Positions 56,647-64,000 of a stretch of 64,000 nucleotides of DNA are shown one piece after another. Every line of letters starts with the position of its first letter. Position 1 is the first letter of the stretch. This DNA is from an uncultured Armatimonadetes bacterium (GTDB lineage Bacteria > Armatimonadota > Hebobacteria > Hebobacterales > Hebobacteraceae). The DNA lies in NCBI GenBank assembly GCA_963716175.1, contig OY970296.1, positions 3,936,001 through 4,000,000 of the forward strand, read 5' to 3'. The position numbers and the translations under genes are program-made. Under the pieces are notes generated by a model. That model was not told where the DNA came from, did no database searches, and saw only the letters and a program-made list of their open reading frames with translations.

Positions 56647-57704
56647 TCGTCCTCCAGGGCTTCCGACACACCCGCGCCAGCGAAGGTGGCCATCTCGTTC
56701 AGCGTCCTCACCGCCGCCTCCACCAGAGTCATAGCGAGCGCGGCTCCAGTGCCCTCGCCCAGCCGCATCCCGAGGTTGAGGAGCGGCTCCAACTGCATGT
56801 GCTTCAGGGCCGCGGCATGGCCGGGCTCGACCGAGAGATGGCCCGCGATCAGGTAGTCCCGCACCCCGGGAGCGAGCCCGGTGGCAATCAGGGCCGCCGC
56901 CCCCGAAATCAGGCCGTCAATGACCACGGGCACACGGTGAGCCGCGGCCGCCAGCATCACGCCGGCCAGCCCCCCGATCTCGAAGCCGCCCACCTTGGCC
57001 AGCACGCCCAGAGCATCGGCCGGGTCGGGCCGGTTCACGGCCAGCGCGCGCTCGATGGTCGCGATCTTCTTGGCAAAACGCGCATCGTCAATCACAGTGC
57101 CCCGGCCGGTGACGGCCGCCGGCGGGAGGCCGGTGAAGGCGGCGACGATGGCGGAGGAGGGGGTAGTGTTGCCGATCCCCATGTCGCCGGCGCCGATCAG
57201 GTCGAGGCCGCGCGCCAGCTCCGACTCAAAGACATCAATGCCCACTTCGATGGCGCGGCCGGCCTCCTCCCGGGACATGGCCGGGCCGACAGCGAGGTTG
57301 CGAGTGCCGGCCGCGATCTTGCGGGAAAGAACCGGTCCGCCAGCGCAGTCACCCGCCACCCCGATGTCCACCACCACCACGCGGGCCCCAATATGGCGGG
57401 CCAGCACGTTGATGGCGGCGCCACCAGCGGCGAAGTTGGCCAGCATCTGGACTGTCACCTCGGGCGGGTAAGCGCTCACTCCTTCGGCAGTGCAGCCGTG
57501 ATCGGCAGCCATCACGAAGATCGCCTTCGCTGAGACCTCCGGCCGGGCCCGCCCCTGCATTCCCGCCACCTTGATGGAGAGTTCCTCCAGCCGTCCCAGG
57601 CTCCCCCGCGGCTTGGTCAGCGTGTTCTGGCGCTCGCCCGCGGCCTGCATAGCGGCCGCGTCGAGCGCGCGGATGCGCGAGATGGTCTCGCTAATCCTGG
57701 ACAC
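56631..57704 (-). CDS. cobT: Nicotinate-nucleotide-dimethylbenzimidazole phosphoribosyltransferase
   Basis: LTKPRGSLGRLE, AADHG, GGAAIN, GDMGIGNTT, LGMRLGEGTGA; GTG 57704 with RBS. Confidence 0.96.
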   Translation of the reverse strand: MSRISETISRIRALDAAAMQAAGERQNTLTKPRGSLGRLEELSIKVAGMQGRARPEVSAKAIFVMAADHGCTAEGVSAYPPEVTVQMLANFAAGGAAINVLARHIGARVVVVDIGVAGDCAGGPVLSRKIAAGTRNLAVGPAMSREEAGRAIEVGIDVFESELARGLDLIGAGDMGIGNTTPSSAIVAAFTGLPPAAVTGRGTVIDDARFAKKIATIERALAVNRPDPADALGVLAKVGGFEIGGLAGVMLAAAAHRVPVVIDGLISGAAALIATGLAPGVRDYLIAGHLSVEPGHAAALKHMQLEPLLNLGMRLGEGTGAALAMTLVEAAVRTLNEMATFAGAGVSEALEDECAPC

Positions 57705-58272
57705 CGATGCCCTCCCCTCTCCCCGCAAGCCCGGAGGCTTTGATCTCCACCGGCAGGCCGGCAAGCATCCAGTACACGCGATCGGCCGCCTGCGCCAGGC
57801 GTCGGTTCGCTTCCCCCAGGAGATCGCGATAGACGCGGCCGAGCTCATAGGGTGGAACCACGCCCATCCCGACCTCGTTGGAGACGATGATGAAGCTGGC
57901 CTGACCTGCCGCGAAGACAGAAAGCAGGCCCGTCACCTCCTGCTCGACGCGCTGCTGAGCGGCAGACGGATCCCCATCCTGGAGGAGCAGATTCGAGACC
58001 AGCAGGGTGAGACAGTCGAGCACCACGACCCCGGCAAGGGCAGATTGCTGCAGCGCGACGGAGGGCTGGAGGGGCGCCTCCAGGGTTCGCCAGGAGGAGG
58101 GCCGGCCGCGCTTGTGCTCTTCGATGCGGCGGCGCATCTCCTCGTCCCCGGCCTCCGCGGTGGCCACGAATGTCACCGGCCCCCCGAGCTTGGAGGCCAG
58201 GCGGTGAGCGAAGGAGCTCTTCCCCGCGCGCACGCCCCCCAAGATCAGGATCAGTTCTTTGCCTGGTCTCAT
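57691..58272 (-). CDS. cobU: Adenosylcobinamide kinase/guanylyltransferase
   Basis: GGVRAGKS, FVATA..DEEM..RIEEH, LDCLTL, VSNEVGMG. Confidence 0.96.
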   Translation of the reverse strand: MRPGKELILILGGVRAGKSSFAHRLASKLGGPVTFVATAEAGDEEMRRRIEEHKRGRPSSWRTLEAPLQPSVALQQSALAGVVVLDCLTLLVSNLLLQDGDPSAAQQRVEQEVTGLLSVFAAGQASFIIVSNEVGMGVVPPYELGRVYRDLLGEANRRLAQAADRVYWMLAGLPVEIKASGLAGRGEGIGVQD

Positions 58273-58287
58273 TCCGATTAGCCGCCG

Positions 58288-59034
58288 CTACTGCCGGTCA
58301 TAGAGAGAGTTATCCTGGCACACGAAGCCCAGCCGGGCCTGCCGATAGTCCTCCTCGGTGAGCCAGTAACCGCTGGCCTGGGTGGTGGCCATCGGCATGG
58401 CCCTGGTATGCCCATCGCAGAATGCCACATTGGCCAGGCCGGTGTGGCGGAAGTGGGTAGTGGGGTCGGCCAACGTACCCCAGGCCTGGTAATAGGGGGC
58501 CTCGGTGAAGGAGTACTCGATCAGATTCCCGTTCTCATCTATGAAGGCGGAATCGGTGAGCAGGATGGTGTCGGATGGGTTCTGCAGCCAGGATTCCTTG
58601 GCCGGGATGCACATCGCGGGCCAGGGCAGAGGCGAGCCGCCGACATACTGCTCGTTGTAGCCGTAGCCGCCGGTGCCTTCCTCGAAGCCCTGGCTGCCGA
58701 TGTCGGCCTCGAAGCTGGGGCACACCTGGAGCTGGTCGTTGCCGTAGTAGCTCCAGAGGGGCCCCAGCTTGGGATCGAAGGCGTCGTCCTCGCTCAGCCG
58801 GCCGCCGTGCCAGCGCATCAGGTTGTCCGGGCTCATGGCCGGCACGAACCCGCCGTCGTAGTCCTCGCAGTACATGAGCATGGCCATCGTCAACTGCCGG
58901 AGATTGCTCATGCAGCTCGCCTGCCGGCCCTTCTCCCTGGCCCGGGCGAACACCGGGAACAGCAGGCCGGCGAGGATGGCGATGATGCTGATCACGACCA
59001 ACAGCTCGATTAGCGTGAAAGCGCGCCTGCTCAC
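58288..59034 (-). CDS. Prepilin-type N-terminal cleavage/methylation protein with DUF1559-like and H-X9-DG domains
   Basis: RRA|[43 protein letters not shown]; [14 protein letters not shown]; GGGAGG RBS before GTG 59034. Confidence 0.92.
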   Translation of the reverse strand: MSRRAFTLIELLVVISIIAILAGLLFPVFARAREKGRQASCMSNLRQLTMAMLMYCEDYDGGFVPAMSPDNLMRWHGGRLSEDDAFDPKLGPLWSYYGNDQLQVCPSFEADIGSQGFEEGTGGYGYNEQYVGGSPLPWPAMCIPAKESWLQNPSDTILLTDSAFIDENGNLIEYSFTEAPYYQAWGTLADPTTHFRHTGLANVAFCDGHTRAMPMATTQASGYWLTEEDYRQARLGFVCQDNSLYDRQ

Positions 59035-59176
59035 ATCGTCCCTCCCGCGTGGACTATCGCGGGAAGAGATGAGCGCGCGGGGAACAGAAAACCCCGGCCG
59101 CCGCAAGGATGGCCAGGGCGACGAGCCGGGTGGCGACTCGCGCCGCGCCCACTTCCCGCGAAGTGGCATTCAGCTC

Positions 59177-59360
59177 GTCAGCCAGATCGGTCTCCTGACT
59201 TCCGCGTCACCCTACTCCCTGCGCCTTCCCATCCCTGCGATGCGGGACAGTGGCTCGGCGGGCCTGGGCAGGCCCGCCCTACGTGCAGGTTTCGTCTGCG
59301 GTCACAGTTGCGGGGCAGTGACGGCCTCTCACCGTCTTCCCAACATCTTATCTGCCTGAC
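59177..59360 (-). promoter_or_regulatory. Cobalamin riboswitch
   Basis: Minus strand GGGAA-GACGGTG, CTGCCCCGCAACTGT, GCCACTG..GGGAAGGC, AGTCAGGAGACC; closing stem 10 of 11 bp; upstream of cob genes. Confidence 0.92.
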
Positions 59361-59392
59361 GCATGCTATTCGATTGTCAACGCCGCGGGAGT

Positions 59393-59421
59393 AATGTAGC
59401 CACTTCCGCGGCACACGTCAA
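59393..59421 (-). promoter_or_regulatory. Promoter of the riboswitch operon
   Basis: Minus strand TTGACG-17 bp-TACATT. Confidence 0.6.
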
Positions 59422-59522
59422 GACCCACCGCGGCGCGGCGGACCCGACAGAGAGAGCGACGGCGGGCGGCGGGCCGCCATGGCAGCGGCCCCCGAAGGCG
59501 GAAGGGCGGATCGGGACATCGC

Positions 59523-59747
59523 CTACCGCGACGAGAGGAGCCGCATGGGGTCGGCAGCGACCTCGACCCGGCCGGTGCCGCGGCACCGCGCGCAAGGGAA
59601 CTCCCGGGCCAAGGGCTCGTGGGCGGATCGCGCCAGATCCGGGCGCGCTTTGAGCTGCTCGTAGGTGGCGCGGTCTATCTCCACCCAGCCCCTGAAGAAG
59701 TGCAGCACGGCCCCAGCACCAGAGCACTCCCGACATTCCCGGAGCAT
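59523..59747 (-). CDS. Small CxxCxGxG zinc-finger protein
   Basis: CRECSGAG and CARCRGTG; AGGAGGTG RBS. Confidence 0.72.
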   Translation of the reverse strand: MLRECRECSGAGAVLHFFRGWVEIDRATYEQLKARPDLARSAHEPLAREFPCARCRGTGRVEVAADPMRLLSSR

Positions 59748-59834
59748 TGCGCCTCACCTCCTGAGCAGAGGGTCCGCCGGGCTCGACTGCCACTGGACGA
59801 CAGCCGGCCCAGACCCTCCAGCAGGCCCACTACT

Positions 59835-59928
59835 GAGCTTCGCCCAAAGAAGCAACGGGGCGAAGCTCAGGCAACTGCTCAGACGGGCCCAGAGCGGCGT
59901 TCGCACATTACTTCTTCGTGCGAACGCC
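59835..59928. repeat. Double-palindrome element, copy 2
   Basis: Reverse-oriented ungapped homolog of 21464-21557. Confidence 0.8.
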
Positions 59929-59951
59929 ATTAGGTGCCAGTTCATTGCTTA

Positions 59952-60038
59952 GAGTCTCTAACAGAACCCGGTATCAGGCTATATCAAAGCCACCGGGGCT
60001 GCGCTCAGCGCACGCTAGCCGGGTTTTGATCTAGTCTC
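59952..60038. mobile_element. Putative MITE with IS5-family-like ends
   Basis: 20-bp imperfect terminal inverted repeats (15/20) starting GAG, flanked by TTA direct repeats. Confidence 0.5.
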
Positions 60039-63000
60039 TTATTCTGCGGATCGGCTGCTGGTTCCTTCCGATGCTGCCGCCGGTCCTGCTGTCTCAGCAA
60101 ATTCGCAGCCCAGGTTGGTCAGCACGTAGGCCAGGTAGCGCTGCCCCTTCCAGTGGTTGAGGCCGGCCTGGTCCCACTTCACCTGGTCTATCACCCAGAG
60201 GCCGCGGCCCAGGCGGGAGGACACCAGCAGGCCGGGGAGGGTGTGGTACACGGGCGCGGCCAGCTTCAGTTTCGCCGGCACGCCGCTGACTGTGGGCTGG
60301 CGCAGCGCGTAATCCGCAATCTCGGTGGTCAGCGGCGGGGCGGCATTGGCCTCAGGAGCAATGGGCGCAAACCAGGCCAGCTCCTGGTTGCTGAGCGCGG
60401 CGGCCGGGCCGCTCCGGTCGTCGAGGCTGACCGATCCGGCGGCGAGCGGGCCCAGCGCGAACGTCTGCCCGGTCAGGCGCCGGACCAGGTCCAGAGAGTC
60501 GGGGGTGACGCGGTGCAGGACAACCTGCCCTCCGTCCCGCACGAACTCCTGAATGCGAGCGGGCTCACTTATGCCCTGGTCGAGGTTATAGATCAGCAGC
60601 GTCCGGTAACGGCGCAGCGCGCTCCTCGCCAGCGGCCACTTGAGCCGGTCGTACTGCAGCCCAATGGAGTCGAGAGTGGCGGCCGCCGCATCATCGCAGA
60701 ACACGCCGGGACGAGAGGAACCGGGACTTCGCTGGGAGGCGAAGGGAAGCAGGTTCCTGAAGATGCGGGTGGCCCCGGGGTCAATCCCGTACTTGCTGGT
60801 GACATCGAGCTGGCAGAGCACGATGCGGCCCTGGCCCACGCGCAGCTCGGCCAGCCCGGCGGTCTCGAGGCCGTGGGCGCCCCCGCTGTCCACGATGGGC
60901 AGGAACCCGCCCCGTTCGGGCTTGACCAGCTCGCGGCGCCCGACCACTCCGTCCGGCAGCCAGTGGGCGAGGCCGGCTGACTCGAGGCCGGTGAGGACGG
61001 GGTGATGCACGAACCGCGCGAAGTCGAGCGAGGAGCTATGCCGGCTCAGGGTGAGCGGGATCAGGGTGGCCGGGTAGGTCCGCTGCTCGAACACCAGCAC
61101 GGTGGCGCCGGCCTCGGCGAATCTCTTCAGGTCCTGCAGCACTGCCTCCGGGGGTCCGGAGGGGGTGAAGGCGCCCTTGCCGATCACGGCCACACGCAGG
61201 AAATGAAGCACACGCGGCGCGTTCTCCGGGTCGAGCGGCAGGCATTCGATCCCCATCCCGGAGAGCAGCCGCGAGGTTTCCCCCTGCGGATCGTACACCG
61301 CGGCCCGGCCGCGTGCCCCCGCGACTCGGCCGGAGAGGGCCGCGCGCCCGTAGACCTTCCAGTCTTGGGAGGAGGCGAAGAGGCGCTGGCCGCCGTCCCA
61401 CAGTTCGAGGCTGAAGCTGGCGGGCGTCACCTCCGCGCTGCTGGCCGGCAGCGCCAGCGAGGCCCTCACTTGCTGTCGGCCGGCCGGCCCCAGCAACACC
61501 GGGGCCGAACCGCTCACCTGCCACTTCCCATCTGGCGGCGCCAGCCGCCATCGCAATTGCAGCGATCGCGTCGCCCCGGTGTCGTTGAACACCATCAGGG
61601 TGCGGTCCACCACGCTGCCGGCGAAAACGCGAGTGCTGGGCTCTCGGGCGAAAGCGGCGATCGCGCGATAGGCTCTCTGCTGCGACTCCGACTGGGGGCT
61701 AGGGACAGCGTGGGCCCTCCCACATGCTCCAGGGGCACATCCCACTCACCCCCGCGTCGCGGGCCGCCGCAATCTGCATCTCCCACCGCGCGGCCTGCGC
61801 CCGAGGCCAGTAGCTCGCGACATTGGGGTAGGCGGCATCGCCAAAGAAGACGCTCAACGCATCCACCTGCGACGCCGGGACGCGCCCGAACTCCCCCAGG
61901 TAGAGCGGCTTCCTCCGGTCCCACTGCCAGACCGTCTTGGGATAGGCATCCAGCCGCACCGGCGCGTCTAGCCAGTAGGCCGTCTCCGGCCAGAGCTGCC
62001 AGTTCGGCAACTCGTGAGGGTAGTGCAGGTTGATGATGCTGGCCTTGCCGGCCGGGTCGGCATCGCCCTCGAACATCACCGGACGCGTGGGGTCGGCCTT
62101 CCGCACCAAGTCGGCCAGCTCTCCCACTTTCTGCTCGACCCCTCGTGCTTTGGCGCCGCCGCCGGAGAGCAACTCGTTCTCCGCCCCCCACACCACGATC
62201 GAGGGATGGTTGCGCTGGGCCTTCACCTGAGCCGCCAGGTGCTCCCGCGCGTTCTTCCAGAAGGCATCGGCGCTCAGCGCGTAGCTGGTGGCGAGATGCC
62301 ACAGCGCGGACTCCGAGATGAGAAGCATCCCGAAGGCATCGGCCGCATCATACCATTGAGAGGGCCAGGGCTCACCGGCAAGGGCCATCGCGGCACAGCC
62401 GGCAGATTGCGCCAGCTCGTAGGCCTGGGTGGGATCAGCGTCGTACTCTGGCAGAGGCAGAGCGCCTGTCGCCAGCAGGTGGATGGGCGTGCCATTGAGC
62501 AGGAAGCGGTCGCCCTCGATCCAGAACTCGCGGAACCCGAACTTCACCTCCGTCGAGTCACCCATCGCCCCGGTCCGCGCCCCCGCAACCAGCGAGTAGA
62601 GGTGCGGGTCCTGAGGAGACCAGAGGTGGGGGTTAGGCCAGGGGGCCTCCAGAATCACGGTTTGCTCTCGGCCCGCCGGCACGGTCACCAACTGCGGCTG
62701 CAGCCACGGCCCCTCGCCCCCGGTGGCGACACGGGCGGTGACCACGGTGCGTTCCTCACTGGTCCCGCTGTTCTTGACGGTCACATGGACCCGCAGCATC
62801 TGCTCTCGCACAGACGGGGCCACGAACGCATCCGCCACCCACACCCGGGACCGCGCCTCCACGGAGACGTGGCCCCAGATCCCCACCTCCCATCCCCGGG
62901 AGCCGATGGGAGCCAGCAGGCCCTCCTTCACCCATGACCCAAAATCGCGGGAGGCATCAGGCACGCCCACTTTGGCGCCGGGCGCGAGCAAGGCGGTCCA

Positions 63001-63414
63001 ATCCCCAACTGCTACCAGGAGCTCGTTCTCCTCGCCCAGCACCGCCTGACTGGTTAGGTCATACTCGGTAGGCTCGAATCCCCCGGCGCGCTGGCCAATC
63101 TCCTCGCCGTTGAGCAATACCCGCTGGCTGTACTTCACCCCGCCCAGCAGCAGCACGATGCGCTCTCCTGCCCAGGAGGGGGGCAGGTAGAAGTACCTGC
63201 GATACCAGAGAGTGTGCGGGCCCTGCGGCCGCCAGGTCTGGGCCGATGGCACCTGGACGGGCTCCCAGCCGGCCTCCTCGTCGGGCAGCGATTTGCTCTC
63301 AGCGAAGATGCACTCCCACTCACCGTCCAGCGAGAAAGCCTGGCGAGCCAGTGCAGGCATCCCGGACAGCAGGATCGCCGCCAGAGCGAACAGCAGTACC
63401 CGGCGTGAGGTCAT
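60039..63414 (-). CDS. Secreted glycoside hydrolase family 2 protein with C-terminal extension (frameshift near 61715)
   Basis: FSLDGEW, LWYRRYF, PHLWSPQDPHLY, FGFREF, RNHPSIVVWGAENE, DPTRPV, LGEF; ORF 60039..61745 continues in another frame. Confidence 0.85.
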
Positions 63415-63518
63415 CCCGATCGGCCTTCGTCCTCGGAAATGCGGCGCGACGGATGCCGTGTGCGGTGTGCTATGGCGCCTCTTCCGAGGCTCGCAGGCGG
63501 CTTCATGGCGCGGCGGCC

Positions 63519-64000
63519 TCACTGGACCCCGTTTCTCATAATGGCCTCATAGATGAGGGCGGCCTGCTCGAGCTGGTTCAGGTCTAACTCCTCCGTCGCG
63601 GTGTGGGCCTGGCCCATGGCCCCGGGGCCCAGCACCACCGCGGGAATGCCCCGCTCCGCCAACGGCCCGGCGTGAGTGGTCCCAGTCATGCCCTCCAAAG
63701 GCGCCTTGCCGGTCACCTGCCTCACCTGCGCGCTGACGGCCTGCACCAGGGGATCATCCGCTCGCAGGTCCAGAGCCGGCACCACCATATCCGGCCCGGT
63801 CACCTCCATTCCAATCTCCTCCGGAATGGCATCGTTCAAGTAGCTGCGCACGTCCGCCACCGCGCGGCGTCCCTCCTCTCCCGGTAGGAGCCGCCGGTCC
63901 ACCTCGATCTCGCAGCGGTCTGGCACGACATTCACATATTCCCCCCCGCGGACCACCCCCACGCTGAGACTCGCCTTCCCCAGCAAGGGATGGGCCTCTC
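63519..64000 (-). CDS. M20 family metallopeptidase (ArgE/DapE-like), 5'-truncated by the window edge
   Basis: HPLLG, GG..VNVVPDRC..DRR..PGE, GPG..QAHT..E. Confidence 0.85.
   Translation of the reverse strand, partial: EAHPLLGKASLSVGVVRGGEYVNVVPDRCEIEVDRRLLPGEEGRRAVADVRSYLNDAIPEEIGMEVTGPDMVVPALDLRADDPLVQAVSAQVRQVTGKAPLEGMTGTTHAGPLAERGIPAVVLGPGAMGQAHTATEELDLNQLEQAALIYEAIMRNGVQ

Overview
GC-rich, gene-dense bacterial chromosomal window. A diderm host such as Armatimonadota is inferred from the mix of SLH/OmpM-like protein, LptD-like protein, DUF3084-YqgF pair and H-X9-DG prepilin. It holds mostly housekeeping genes (xseB, dxs, pcm, pcrA, ligA, mtaB, pabB, cobU-cobT-cobS, btuF-like) and no rRNA, tRNA, CRISPR array or transposase that I can see. 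Family assignments are from motif recognition by eye, not database searches. Main points of interest: (1) a cobalamin riboswitch whose first regulated gene is a DUF1559/H-X9-DG pilin-like protein ahead of corrinoid salvage genes; (2) an FHA gene followed by an apparent MraY-TPR-AmgK-like (pseudo)kinase fusion; (3) a translationally coupled pair of STAND-like ATPases, one with HEAT repeats and one with HD-GYP; (4) a four-gene DUF6754 membrane module interrupted by an inverted-repeat-flanked GxxExxY gene; (5) a two-copy 94-bp double-palindrome element with compensatory changes; (6) a TagJ/ImpE-like domain with no T6SS nearby; (7) GTAG-type REP hairpins that have entered genes and the riboswitch. 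Five genes carry single frameshifts, most likely sequencing or assembly errors.
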